NCBI GenBank assembly: GCA_012840125.1
Contig: DULZ01000092.1
Coordinates: 38,284 to 102,283, forward strand
Direction: 5' to 3'
Origin: Clostridia bacterium
GTDB lineage: Bacteria > Bacillota > DULZ01
Length of the DNA stretch: 64,000 bases
Position numbers and translations under genes: made by a program. Below are positions 1 to 9,226 of the stretch, one piece after another. The notes beneath the pieces were generated by a model. That model was given only the letters and a program-made list of their open reading frames with translations, was not told where the DNA came from and did not search any database. The number at the start of each line of letters is the position of its first letter. Position 1 is the first letter of the stretch.

Positions 1-1
1 G

Positions 2-550
2 GTAGCTAGACCCCGGCAGGGAGAAGACTGCCGCGAGCAACTGGCTCAAGCCGTACAGGAAGCCAACCGGAGGGTGTATGAGCTGAGCCAAAAAGATGCC
101 GACAAGCAAGGGATGGGGACGACGCTCACGGCGGTTTGGATTAAGGACGGGGTGGCACACCTGGCCCATATCGGCGACAGCCGTGCCTATTTGATCCGCA
201 ACTCTCAATTGAGCTTGCTCACCAACGACCATTCTCTGGTGGGAGAACTGCTCCGGCAGGGCAGCCTCACCCCCAGCGAAGCTCAATCCCACCCGCGCCG
301 GCATGCTTTGACCCGGGCCCTGGGGATTGAAGCGGAAGTAAAAGTGGATACCAGGAGTATGACCTTAAACCAAAACGATCTCCTGTTCCTGTGTACCGAT
401 GGATTGACCAATCTGGTGTCCGATGAAGAAATCAACGCCGTTTTTGCGGAAACAGAAGGCTTGCAGGCGGCCCTGGAGAAACTGGTCCAGCTCTGTTTGA
501 AGCGAGGGGCCCACGACAATATTACGATGCTGGCTATTCGCATGGATTAG
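2..550 (+). CDS. PP2C-family Ser/Thr protein phosphatase (PrpC/Stp-like); the 5' end lies outside the window
   Basis: The frame is open from the window edge to the stop at 550. PP2C-like motifs are present (GTTLTAV, HIGDSRAYL, CTDGL, AHDNIT). It sits directly upstream of the SEDS, PBP and PASTA-kinase genes. Confidence 0.85.
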   Translation, partial: VARPRQGEDCREQLAQAVQEANRRVYELSQKDADKQGMGTTLTAVWIKDGVAHLAHIGDSRAYLIRNSQLSLLTNDHSLVGELLRQGSLTPSEAQSHPRRHALTRALGIEAEVKVDTRSMTLNQNDLLFLCTDGLTNLVSDEEINAVFAETEGLQAALEKLVQLCLKRGAHDNITMLAIRMD

Positions 551-558
551 GTGATGGT

Positions 559-1839
559 ATGAACAGGCCCAGACGGCAAGAGGCTGTGTTGTTGGTGCCA
601 GTAGTGGCGCTGCTCTTAGCGGGCGCCTGGTTGTATTATTTGCTGGATCCGGGGCCGGAGAAGCGAGTCTTGTTGGTGGGCGCTATTCTCCTGGGGTGTC
701 TTTTTTATTTAATTCATTTCCTGTTAGTTTGGCAGGCGCCTGCGGCGGACTTGTTCATTCTACCGGCGGCAGCGATGCTCACCGGTTTGGGTTTGCTCCT
801 TTTATACCACATCGATCCTAATTTGGCCTTGAAACAATGGTGGTGGACGGTACTCGGGTTAGTGGGCATGGCCTGCATAGTGATCGTGCTCAGGGATTAT
901 CACTGGCTCAGTGACTATAAATATACCTTCATGCTGTTAGGTTTGGTGTTTCTGGTCTTGACTGTCCTGGTGGGGGATGAAACAGGGGGTGCCCGGAGTT
1001 GGCTTAGCCTGGGGCAATTTCGTTTCCAGCCGGCGGAAGTAGTGAAACTCCTGGTCATTATTTTCATGGCCGCCTATTTAAGTGAGTACAAGGAATCCCT
1101 GGGGGGAGACCACGACAAGAACCCCTTCCGGCTGGATTGGCAAGGGATAGGACCGCTTTTGGTGACGGGCGGCCTCCTCTTGGTATTGCTCGTTTTCCAG
1201 AAGGACCTGGGAGCTGCCCTGATCTTTTTTGCCTTGATCCTGGCCATGCTCTATATTGCCTCCGGCAGGTCCTCTTTAGTGTTCTTGGGTTTGCTGGCAT
1301 TTGGGGCCGCTTGTCTGGTGGCATATCATCTTTTTCCTCATGTGCAGACCAGGGTGGCTGTTTGGTATAATCCCTGGCCCTTAGCCGACGGTGCAGGATA
1401 CCAGATCGTGCAATCCTTTTTTGCGCTGGCCCAAGGGGGAGTCTTTGGCATGGGCCTGGGGATGAGCCAGCCCAACTATATCCCGGCGGTGGCAACCGAT
1501 TTCATTTTTTCCGTGGCCGGGGCGGAACTCGGCTTTCTGGGAGGGGTGTTAATACTATCTCTTTACCTGTTGATCAGTTGGAGAGGCATGAAAATCGCCG
1601 CCGGTGCGCCGGACGATTTTGGCTTAATGCTGGCGGCGGGACTGGCAATTCTCTTTGCCGTCCAAACCCTGGTGATCCTGGGTGGGATCCTGAAGCTCCT
1701 GCCTCTCACGGGAGTGACCTTGCCTTTGATGAGTTACGGGGGCAGTTCCCTTGTCATCACCTACGCCATGCTGGGGCTGTTAATCAAGCTGAGCTCCCTT
1801 TTTGCCGCCTCGGGAGGGAAGATGAAGGATGCGCCGTAA
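559..1839 (+). CDS. SEDS-family peptidoglycan glycosyltransferase (RodA/FtsW)
   Basis: A 426-aa polytopic membrane protein with conserved SEDS C-terminal motifs (PLMSYGGSS). It is packed tightly between the phosphatase and PBP genes. Confidence 0.85.
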   Translation: MNRPRRQEAVLLVPVVALLLAGAWLYYLLDPGPEKRVLLVGAILLGCLFYLIHFLLVWQAPAADLFILPAAAMLTGLGLLLLYHIDPNLALKQWWWTVLGLVGMACIVIVLRDYHWLSDYKYTFMLLGLVFLVLTVLVGDETGGARSWLSLGQFRFQPAEVVKLLVIIFMAAYLSEYKESLGGDHDKNPFRLDWQGIGPLLVTGGLLLVLLVFQKDLGAALIFFALILAMLYIASGRSSLVFLGLLAFGAACLVAYHLFPHVQTRVAVWYNPWPLADGAGYQIVQSFFALAQGGVFGMGLGMSQPNYIPAVATDFIFSVAGAELGFLGGVLILSLYLLISWRGMKIAAGAPDDFGLMLAAGLAILFAVQTLVILGGILKLLPLTGVTLPLMSYGGSSLVITYAMLGLLIKLSSLFAASGGKMKDAP

Positions 1840-3211
1840 TCTGCGGAAAACCTGGACGGTCATCGGGATCGCTTTTCTCGTCCTTTCACTGGCCCTGGCT
1901 CGCATCCAACTGCTGCAAAGGGAAACACTGGCGCGTCATCATTTTAATCGTTATACCATGGCCAAGGAAGCCGCGGTGCAGCGCGGTGAAATCTTTGACC
2001 GTCATGGACAACCTTTAGCGGTGTGGCAAGGAGAAGGCCAACGCCATTACCCCCTCGGCGCCGCCGGCAGCCATCCCGTCGGGTATTACAGCAGGACTTT
2101 AGGTGCCGCCGGGGTGGAACACTGGTTTGCCGGCACCCTTTTAGGGCAGGAAGGGTCACTGCGCTTCAAGAACGCTTGGCAAAGGTTAGCAGGCCGGAAA
2201 GGGCAGGGCTATAGTATCCAGCTCACCATCGATGCCGGTTTGCAGGAGTTGGCTTACCGGCTATTGCAAGGCAGGAGAGGTGCCCTGGTGGCCCTAGACC
2301 CCGGGACGGGGGAGATTCTGGCCCTGGTCAGTTCGCCCGGCTTTAACCCCGACACCGTTGACACCGATTGGGAGGTATACACTCAGGATCAGAACAACCC
2401 TTTGTTCAACCGGGCCGTTGCCGGAACCTATCCACCGGGATCTACTTTCAAACTGGTGGTGGCGGCTGCTGCTTTAGAGACGAATCCCGATGTGAAAGAC
2501 AGGGAGTTTTATTGCCCCGGCTATATCGACATTGAGGGCCGGCGGTTGACATGTGCCAGAGCCCATGAACAGCTGGATTTGACCGAGGCCATCGCTTATT
2601 CCTGTAATGTGGTTTTTGCTCAACTGGGTTTGGAATTGGGTGAAGAAATTCTTAGGGACAAAGCCCGGGTACTTGGTTTTGAACAACCGCTGCTGGAACC
2701 TGTACCGGTAAAACCGTCGAGTTTGGGTGCCTCGCCCATGTCAGCCAACGGGCTGGCTGAGGCTGCCATCGGCCAGGGACAGGTACTGGTAACGCCGTTG
2801 CAGATGGCCCTGCTCACCGGTGCCATTGCCAATGACGGTGTGCTGGTATCACCTTCCTTGTTAAAAGGTAAGGCTGCCGGCGGCCAGGAGTTCTCGAACA
2901 TAAGGGCCCTGCCCGGGGAGGTAAGGGTCATGAACAGGGAAGCGGCTGCTTATTTGCAGCAGGCCATGGTGGGTACGGTGTCTTTCGGGACCGGGTGGCA
3001 GGCCCAGCTCAGCGGCATCGAAGTAGCCGGCAAGACCGGCAGCGCGGAAAACCCCCATGGGCAAGCCCACGCTTGGTTTGTCGGTTTCGCCCCGGCCGGA
3101 CAACCACGGATAGCCGTCGCCGTGGTGGTGGAAAACGCCGGCTCGGGAGGAGGAAACGGGGGGCCGATTGTAAAAGAATTAATCAATTATTTCTTAACCA
3201 GAGGACAATAA
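1829..3211 (+). CDS. class B penicillin-binding protein, transpeptidase (PbpA-like)
   Basis: An N-terminal TM anchor followed by the STFK (SxxK), SCN (SxN) and KTGS (KTG) active-site motifs. It overlaps the SEDS stop by 11 nt. Confidence 0.85.
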   Translation: MRRNLRKTWTVIGIAFLVLSLALARIQLLQRETLARHHFNRYTMAKEAAVQRGEIFDRHGQPLAVWQGEGQRHYPLGAAGSHPVGYYSRTLGAAGVEHWFAGTLLGQEGSLRFKNAWQRLAGRKGQGYSIQLTIDAGLQELAYRLLQGRRGALVALDPGTGEILALVSSPGFNPDTVDTDWEVYTQDQNNPLFNRAVAGTYPPGSTFKLVVAAAALETNPDVKDREFYCPGYIDIEGRRLTCARAHEQLDLTEAIAYSCNVVFAQLGLELGEEILRDKARVLGFEQPLLEPVPVKPSSLGASPMSANGLAEAAIGQGQVLVTPLQMALLTGAIANDGVLVSPSLLKGKAAGGQEFSNIRALPGEVRVMNREAAAYLQQAMVGTVSFGTGWQAQLSGIEVAGKTGSAENPHGQAHAWFVGFAPAGQPRIAVAVVVENAGSGGGNGGPIVKELINYFLTRGQ

Positions 3212-3284
3212 ATGGTATATTATACTTAGGTTAAGATGGCAGTTACTTGCGCCTTGGTGCTGGCTTTGCATATAGAGTTGGCAA

Positions 3285-5150
3285 GTGAGAAATGAGGTGA
3301 ACACGCTGATCGGGCAAATAGTAGGTAATCGCTATGAGATTGAAGAGCGGCTCGGCGGCGGCGGGATGGCCGTTGTTTACAAAGCGAAAGACCGTTTGCT
3401 GTCACGGGCTGTCACCGTTAAGATTTTGCGGGACCAGTTTGCCAATGACCGGGAAGTGGTGCGGCGCTTCTTAAAAGAGGCCCAGTCGGTAGCCAAGTTG
3501 TCCCATCCGAATATCGTCAGTATTTACGATGTGGGCCAGGACCAGGGGCTTTATTACCTGGTGATGGAGTACGTGGAAGGATGTACCCTTAAAGATGTCA
3601 TCCAGACAAAAGGCCGGTTGGATCCTTTGGAGGCCATCGAATATGCCCTGCAGATTTGCGATGCCCTTCAACATGCCCACGACAGCAACATCATCCATAG
3701 AGACATCAAGCCGCAGAATATCTTGATTACGAAAAAGGGGCAGGCTAAAGTCACCGATTTCGGTATTGCCAAAGCGGCAACCAACGCTACCATGACTTAT
3801 TCGGGCAGCAGTATCCTCGGGACGGTCCAGTACATCTCGCCGGAACAAGCCAGGGGTGACCTGGTGACCGTTCATACGGATATCTATTCCGCCGGGATCG
3901 TGCTGTATGAAATGCTGACAGGTAGACTGCCTTTTGAAGGGGATACGGCCATCAGCATCGCTATCAAACATATCCAGATGGAATACCCGGCGGCCTCGCA
4001 AATTGTACCGGATCTGCCCGGAGAGTTGGAGGCTGTTTTGGCCAAAGCTCTGGCCAAGAAGCCGGAAGAACGTTTTGCCAGCGCCTTAGACATGAAGCGG
4101 GCACTGGAAGAGGTGCGAGACAAGCTGGGGCAAGGTTTGTCCCAGACTGTGGTGTTACCGAGGGTCACCCGAAAAACCGGCGATGAAGGGGCAAGGGAGC
4201 GGCCCAAGAGCAGGCGGCCAAGGCTGGTCAGCTGGGTGCTCTTCCTGCTGGCCTTGACTTTGTTGGCTGCGGGTTCGGTTTATTTCGGCATCAATCGATA
4301 CCTGGCCGTCAGCGAAGTGGAGGTGCCTGACGTCACCAACATCCCGTTGAGGGAAGCGGAAAGGATCCTTTTTGAGCACGGGTTAAATTGGGAGATCGGC
4401 ATGAGCCGTCATGATGATCAGGTGCCGCCGGATTACGTGCTGGCCCAGAGGCCGGCGGCCGGAGAAAAGATCAAAAAGACGAGAGCGGTAGTCTTAGATG
4501 TGAGCCTAGGTCCTAATATGGGCAGGATTCCCGATGTGATCGGTTTGAGCCAGCGAGAAGCCAGGGTGGAAATCGCTAATGCGGGTTTTAAGGTGGCGCA
4601 GGATGTGGGGGAAAGCTATTCGGACGTAGTTCCGGAGGGGCATGTTTTGGATCAGGAACCCGGGCCCAATGCCGAGGTACCTCTGGGCACCGAAGTAATC
4701 CTGACCATCAGCCTCGGTCCCCAACCTCGCTATATTACCATGCCTGATTTAGTAGGGAAAACCCTGGCGGAGGCCACGGAAATCCTGGAGCAGAATTACT
4801 TGGAATTTGAAGTGCATCAGGAAACGAGTCATGAGTACTTTTCCGGTTACGTGACCGGCCAGGATATACCGCCCGGGGAGCAGGTACTGCAAAGAACAAC
4901 CGTTAATTTAACGGTCAGCCTTGGGCCGGGGCCTGCGGCCAAGACAGCCACCATCCAAGTGTGGGTTCAGGATGACGGGGAACAGCACCGGATCAAGGTG
5001 GTCATCGAGGATCAAACGGGCCTCCGGGAAGCTTATAACGCTGTGCATGACCCGAACGACTTCATCAGCATTGAAGTACCCTATTACGGCCAAGGAAAGG
5101 CACAAGTCTATGAGGATGACGTTTTGATTCAAGAAACGGCATTACAGTAG
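3285..5150 (+). CDS. prkC: Ser/Thr protein kinase with extracellular PASTA repeats (PrkC/PknB-like)
   Basis: Hanks kinase motifs are present (GGGGMAVVYKA, HRDIKPQN, DFG, SPEQ). It also has a central TM segment and three PASTA-like repeats plus a C-terminal domain. GTG start. Confidence 0.9.
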   Translation: MRNEVNTLIGQIVGNRYEIEERLGGGGMAVVYKAKDRLLSRAVTVKILRDQFANDREVVRRFLKEAQSVAKLSHPNIVSIYDVGQDQGLYYLVMEYVEGCTLKDVIQTKGRLDPLEAIEYALQICDALQHAHDSNIIHRDIKPQNILITKKGQAKVTDFGIAKAATNATMTYSGSSILGTVQYISPEQARGDLVTVHTDIYSAGIVLYEMLTGRLPFEGDTAISIAIKHIQMEYPAASQIVPDLPGELEAVLAKALAKKPEERFASALDMKRALEEVRDKLGQGLSQTVVLPRVTRKTGDEGARERPKSRRPRLVSWVLFLLALTLLAAGSVYFGINRYLAVSEVEVPDVTNIPLREAERILFEHGLNWEIGMSRHDDQVPPDYVLAQRPAAGEKIKKTRAVVLDVSLGPNMGRIPDVIGLSQREARVEIANAGFKVAQDVGESYSDVVPEGHVLDQEPGPNAEVPLGTEVILTISLGPQPRYITMPDLVGKTLAEATEILEQNYLEFEVHQETSHEYFSGYVTGQDIPPGEQVLQRTTVNLTVSLGPGPAAKTATIQVWVQDDGEQHRIKVVIEDQTGLREAYNAVHDPNDFISIEVPYYGQGKAQVYEDDVLIQETALQ

Positions 5151-5159
5151 GGGGGTAGT

Positions 5160-6035
5160 ATGCTAGAGGGAATTATTATCAAAGGCTACAGCGGATTCTA
5201 TTATGTCCAAGCCGGGAGCGAAGTCTGGGAGTGTACCTTGAGGGGCAAGTACCGGGTGAAAAACCAGGACTTCCTGGTGGGTGACCGGGTTTTGATTAGG
5301 CCGGTCAGCGACCGGAAAGGGGTCATTGAAAAAGTATTTGAGCGCAAGAACCAGTTGGTGAGACCCCCGGTGGCCAACGTGGAACAAGTCATCATCGTGA
5401 TGTCCGTGGACAGTCCACCGCCGGATCTGATGCTCTTGGATCGCCTGCTGGTTGTTGCCGAGTTTCACGGCCTGGCTGTGGTCATCGTTTTCAACAAGGC
5501 CGACCTGGTCGCCCCGGCTGCCATGGACAAGTATCGTTCCGTCTATGAGGGCATAGGCTATCCGGTCATATTGAGCAGTGCGAGGACCTTGGCCGGTGTT
5601 GATGCCCTGAGGGAACGCCTGAAAGATAGAATATCCGTTTTAGCCGGGCCATCCGGGGTAGGTAAATCCAGCCTGTTAAATGCCGTGCAGCCCGGACTGT
5701 CTCTCAAAACCGGTGATGTGAGCCATAAAACCAAGCGCGGCCGTCATACCACCCGCCATGTGGAATTGTTAAGGCTGGCGGATGGCGGGTTTGTAGCCGA
5801 TACCCCCGGCTTCAGCCGTTTGAACCTGACTGGCATGACCAGGGAAGAGTTAGCCGGTTATTTTCCGGAACTGGCAAGGTTGGAGGGCAGCTGCCGGTTT
5901 TCCAGCTGCTTGCACCATACGGAACCCGACTGCGCCGTGCGGGGTGCCTTGGATGCCGGATTGATCGACAGCGGTCGCTATCATCATTACCTGTACCTAT
6001 TGGAAGAAGTTATTTCAAACGAGAGGAGATATTAA
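5160..6035 (+). CDS. rsgA: ribosome small-subunit biogenesis GTPase RsgA (CpgA)
   Basis: Circularly permuted GTPase motifs (NKADL ... GPSGVGKSSL) and a C-terminal Cys/His zinc site (CRFSSCLHHTEPDC). Confidence 0.9.
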   Translation: MLEGIIIKGYSGFYYVQAGSEVWECTLRGKYRVKNQDFLVGDRVLIRPVSDRKGVIEKVFERKNQLVRPPVANVEQVIIVMSVDSPPPDLMLLDRLLVVAEFHGLAVVIVFNKADLVAPAAMDKYRSVYEGIGYPVILSSARTLAGVDALRERLKDRISVLAGPSGVGKSSLLNAVQPGLSLKTGDVSHKTKRGRHTTRHVELLRLADGGFVADTPGFSRLNLTGMTREELAGYFPELARLEGSCRFSSCLHHTEPDCAVRGALDAGLIDSGRYHHYLYLLEEVISNERRY

Positions 6036-6036
6036 G

Positions 6037-6690
6037 ATGGTGAAGCTGGCTCCATCCATCTTGAGCGCCGACTTCAGCTGTTTGAAGTCGGAGATGGAAA
6101 AAGTGGAAAGGTGCGGTGTGGAGATGCTGCACCTGGACGTCATGGATGGACACTTTGTACCGAATATTACCTTTGGGCCCGGTGTGGTCCGGGCGCTGCG
6201 CCCGCATTCCAACATGGTCTTTGATGTGCATTTGATGATCGAACGACCGGAACAATATATCAAAGATTTTGCCCAAGCCGGTGCGGATTATCTTACCGTG
6301 CATGCGGAAGCTACCTACCACCTGCACCGGGTTTTGGCGCAAATCCGGGAGCAGGGGGTTAAGCCGGCGGTGGCTATTAATCCGGCGACGCCCTTGTCAG
6401 CCATTGAATGGGTGTTGCCGATGGTGGACATGGTGCTAATCATGAGCGTCAACCCGGGTTTCGGCGGCCAAAAATTCATTCCGGAGGTAATTCCGAAAAT
6501 CAGGGCGCTGAAAGCAGTGCTAGAGGAAAAGAAGCTAAAGATCCCAATTCAAGTGGATGGAGGTATCGGTCCGGAAACTGCTCCTTTAGTGGTGCAGGCG
6601 GGAGCGGAAATCCTGGTCGCCGGTTCCGCCGTTTTTGGCCAGCCGGATGTGGGCCAGGCCATTGAGAGGATTTTGGCATCCCTGCCTTGA
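6037..6690 (+). CDS. rpe: ribulose-phosphate 3-epimerase
   Basis: A 217-aa TIM-barrel epimerase signature (HLDVMDGHFVPN, MSVNPGFGGQ). Confidence 0.9.
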   Translation: MVKLAPSILSADFSCLKSEMEKVERCGVEMLHLDVMDGHFVPNITFGPGVVRALRPHSNMVFDVHLMIERPEQYIKDFAQAGADYLTVHAEATYHLHRVLAQIREQGVKPAVAINPATPLSAIEWVLPMVDMVLIMSVNPGFGGQKFIPEVIPKIRALKAVLEEKKLKIPIQVDGGIGPETAPLVVQAGAEILVAGSAVFGQPDVGQAIERILASLP

Positions 6691-6715
6691 CACCGGGTGG
6701 TGTAAATGCTATATT
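6687..6715 (+). promoter_or_regulatory. sigma-A-type promoter (TTGACA - 17 nt - TATATT, with a TGc extended -10) upstream of the FMN riboswitch
   Basis: Hexamers read directly at 6687-6692 and 6710-6715, with a 17-nt spacer. Confidence 0.5.
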
Positions 6716-6735
6716 AAGAATAAAAATAATACAAT

Positions 6736-6852
6736 ATGGTTCCTTCGGGGATAGGTGGAATTCCTTACCGGCGGTAAAGCCCGCGAGCCGCACGGCGGTT
6801 GATCTGGTGAAATTCCAGAGCCGACAGTGAAAGTCTGGATGGGAGAAGGAGC
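6736..6852 (+). promoter_or_regulatory. FMN riboswitch (RFN element) aptamer
   Basis: Near-identity to the conserved RFN core (GGGG-AGGTG-AATTCC ... ACCGGCGGTA-AAGCCCGCGAGC ... GCCGACAGTGAAAGTCTGGATGGGAGAAGGA). P1 is formed by TCCTTC (6741-6746) and GAAGGA (6845-6850). Confidence 0.85.
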
Positions 6853-6931
6853 GAAAATCACAGTGTCCTGTGCTGTGATTCCGTCTGCTTTTTTCAACCC
6901 CGGAGGTATGCGCCGGGGTTTTGGTTTTGTA
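6853..6931 (+). terminator. riboswitch expression platform: two tandem hairpin + U-tract intrinsic terminators
   Basis: Hairpin ATCACAG/CTGTGAT followed by CTGCTTTTTT, then hairpin CCCCGG-AGGTATGCG-CCGGGG followed by TTTTGGTTTT. They lie between the aptamer and the ribU start. Confidence 0.5.
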
Positions 6932-6965
6932 TCCGGGGGCCATATTGGGGAACAGGAGGAGAAAG

Positions 6966-7547
6966 ATGCCGGTCAAAAGAATGGTGCAAGTAGGTTTCCT
7001 GTCTGCGGTGGGTTTTTTACTGATGTTTACCTTGGAGTTTCCCCTGCCTTTCCTGCCGCCCTTTTTGAAGTATGATCCCAGTGAGGTCCCTGCTTTGATT
7101 GCAGCTTTTGCTTACGGTCCATGGGTCGGTGTGCTGGTGGAACTAATCAAAAACGTGGTGTTCTTTGTTTCCGGGAAAGCCACTTCGGGCATCATCGGGT
7201 TTCTGGGCGCTTCCATCGCCGGGTGTACGTATGTGTTGGTGGCGGGAAGTGTTTACGATCACTGGCGCACCAAGACCGGGGCGCTGGTCAGCCTGGTGGC
7301 GGGCTCCCTGGCCCTGGTGGCGGTCATGTCCCTGGCCAACTACTTCATCCTGCTGCCTTTATGGGGTATTCCTGCCGAGGAAGTAGGGGGACTGATCATC
7401 TCGGCCGTTGTTCCTTTTAATGCCGTGAAAGGATTCTTAAGCGGGTGTATTTCCTTTGTGGTTTATAAGCGAGTACGGGTGTTCTTAGGAGAAACCGTCG
7501 ACCGGGAAGTGATCAAAAAAACTTCCGAAATCACGGCGGGCAAATAG
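6966..7547 (+). CDS. ribU: ECF transporter S component, probable riboflavin transporter (RibU/YpaA-like)
   Basis: A ~190-aa, 5-6 TM protein immediately downstream of the FMN riboswitch. GGAGGAG RBS 6 nt before ATG 6966 (the ORF-track start 6921 is upstream of the RBS). Confidence 0.75.
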   Translation: MPVKRMVQVGFLSAVGFLLMFTLEFPLPFLPPFLKYDPSEVPALIAAFAYGPWVGVLVELIKNVVFFVSGKATSGIIGFLGASIAGCTYVLVAGSVYDHWRTKTGALVSLVAGSLALVAVMSLANYFILLPLWGIPAEEVGGLIISAVVPFNAVKGFLSGCISFVVYKRVRVFLGETVDREVIKKTSEITAGK

Positions 7548-7567
7548 AACAAGGAGGGTAAGCATAC

Positions 7568-8119
7568 TTGATTCTCATTACCAGCGATACCCACGGCGAC
7601 CTGGCCGCCTGGGAAGGAGTTATGAACAAATATCAAAAGGACCTGAAACTCATTCTCCATGCCGGTGATGTGCTGTACCACGGTCCCAGGAATCCCCTCA
7701 CGCCCGGGTATGCACCCCAGGCCCTGGCCGATTCAATGCGGCAGCTGCCCGTGCCCCTTCTGATTGCCCAGGGGAATTGTGATAGCCAGGTGGATGAGAT
7801 GGTGCTGGAGCTGCCCCTGGCCAGTGAGTACATCGTGACCATCATCGCAGGGAAAAAGGTTTTGCTGCATCACGGGCATCGCCTGGATGAAGGGACCGTG
7901 CAGCGGTTATGCCGGCAGTGGGCCATTGACCTTTGCATTCAAGGACATACCCATGTGCCGGTGTTGACCCGGATTGATAACACCGTTTTCCTTAATCCGG
8001 GGAGTCCTTCCCTGCCGAAACAAGGGAAGGAAGGCACCATTGGGCTGTGGGAAGGAGAGACGATTTCTCTCGTTGCCTGGCAGGCAGGTCAGGTGGTGGC
8101 GCAAATCAAACTGGAATAA
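7568..8119 (+). CDS. YfcE-like metallophosphoesterase (calcineurin-like phosphodiesterase)
   Basis: MPP motifs are present (DTHGD, GDVLYHGP, GNCD, GHTH). TTG start. Confidence 0.8.
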   Translation: MILITSDTHGDLAAWEGVMNKYQKDLKLILHAGDVLYHGPRNPLTPGYAPQALADSMRQLPVPLLIAQGNCDSQVDEMVLELPLASEYIVTIIAGKKVLLHHGHRLDEGTVQRLCRQWAIDLCIQGHTHVPVLTRIDNTVFLNPGSPSLPKQGKEGTIGLWEGETISLVAWQAGQVVAQIKLE

Positions 8120-8120
8120 T

Positions 8121-8157
8121 AAAATAAAAAAGACCCCTTCATCGCGGGTCTTTTTTC
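8121..8157. terminator. bidirectional intrinsic terminator between the convergent phosphoesterase gene and rpmB
   Basis: Hairpin AGACCC-CTTCATCGC-GGGTCT flanked by an A-tract on the 5' side and a T-tract on the 3' side. Confidence 0.7.
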
Positions 8158-8170
8158 AATGTATGCCGCT

Positions 8171-8359
8171 TTAGATTGCCCTTTTTACTCTGCCGGAACG
8201 AAGGCACCGGGTGCAGACATGGATCCTGCGAGGACTGCCGTTGACGATGGCGCGGACCCTTTTGATATTGGGTGCCCAAGTCCTTTTTGTTTTAATATTT
8301 GAGTGGCTGGCTTGATGACCAGATATGACTTGTTTACCACATACAGCGCATTTAGCCAT
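8171..8359 (-). CDS. rpmB: 50S ribosomal protein L28
   Basis: A 62-aa protein, MAKCAVCGK ... HSN ... RTW ... N, the classic L28 sequence. The ORF-track start is 9 nt further upstream. Confidence 0.9.
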   Translation of the reverse strand: MAKCAVCGKQVISGHQASHSNIKTKRTWAPNIKRVRAIVNGSPRRIHVCTRCLRSGRVKRAI

Positions 8360-8623
8360 TTTATCCACCTCCTTGGTAGCCTGAACCTCCTAACAAACAA
8401 ACCTTTGCTTATTTTAGCAGAAAGCATGGGATTGTGCAAGGCTGTCCCTTGTTTAATGAGGTTAAATTGAAAATTTTATCCTTCAGCAGGGTTTGTTCTT
8501 GCAGATGTGGAAAAAATATTTTAGAAATGTTGTGGTAATCTCGTCAGACCGGTGATGCGCCAGTTGACTCGGGGGAAGGGTTTCCGGTATTGATAAATAA
8601 TACGCTGCTTGGGAGGGTTGCCG

Positions 8624-8821
8624 GTGATTACGAAGGACATGACTTTAATGGAATTGATGCAGCGTTTTCCCCAGACACAGCAATACCTTAAGTCGATCAA
8701 CATGCATTGCAGCAGCTGTATGGGAGCCGTGAACGAGACCATTGAAATGGCTGCCAGACAACACGGGATGGATGTGGATGAGCTGCTGGCGGAATTGAAC
8801 CGCTTGGTGCGAGAGGATTAG
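8624..8821 (+). CDS. DUF1858-domain small protein (hybrid-cluster-protein-associated redox disulfide family)
   Basis: A ~65-aa protein, ITKDMT-ELMQRFPQT ... MHCSSCMGA, typical of the family. GGGAGGG RBS precedes GTG 8624. Confidence 0.6.
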   Translation: MITKDMTLMELMQRFPQTQQYLKSINMHCSSCMGAVNETIEMAARQHGMDVDELLAELNRLVRED

Positions 8822-8855
8822 TGGGTGTCGGCGGTTTGAAAGGGGGTAGTGGATT

Positions 8856-9212
8856 GTGGCTTCAGTACAACAGAATGAATACGGCAAGATCTTTATTTCC
8901 GATCAGGTAATTGCCAGCATCGCAGGGTGGGCAGCCCTGGAGAGTTACGGCTTGGTAGGAATGGCTGCGAAAAACATTCAGGATGGTATTGGCCAGCTTT
9001 TGGGGAAGGATTCGTTGGCCAAAGGCATCACCGTCGATACCCGTAGCGGCAACCTGGTGATCGATGTCTATGTGGTGGTCAGCTATGGCATCAAGATTTC
9101 CGAAGTAGCGCAAAACGCCATGGAAAAGGTGCGCTACGCGGTGGAAAAGGCCACCGGTCTAACGGTCAGTGCGGTGAATATCATTGTCCAAGGAGTAAAG
9201 GTCATGGACTGA
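8856..9212 (+). CDS. Asp23/Gls24-family alkaline shock protein (YloU-like)
   Basis: A 118-aa protein with a conserved Asp23 N-terminus (ISDQVIASIAG-AALE-YG). It precedes yloV as in Bacillus. Confidence 0.8.
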   Translation: MASVQQNEYGKIFISDQVIASIAGWAALESYGLVGMAAKNIQDGIGQLLGKDSLAKGITVDTRSGNLVIDVYVVVSYGIKISEVAQNAMEKVRYAVEKATGLTVSAVNIIVQGVKVMD

Positions 9213-9226
9213 GGAGGTAGCCGGGT

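Noticed and set aside
283-543. Numerous 60-180-aa ORFs antisense to or frame-shifted within annotated genes. Examples: 283..543(-), 1064..1495(-), 3471..4001(-), 21680..22114(-), 33394..33831(-), 51551..52249(-), 63625..63951(-).
   Set aside because: All lie entirely inside long, well-supported housekeeping CDSs on the other strand or frame. They have GC-rich codon-position artefacts (Arg/Pro/Gly-rich translations) and no RBS. They are treated as spurious.
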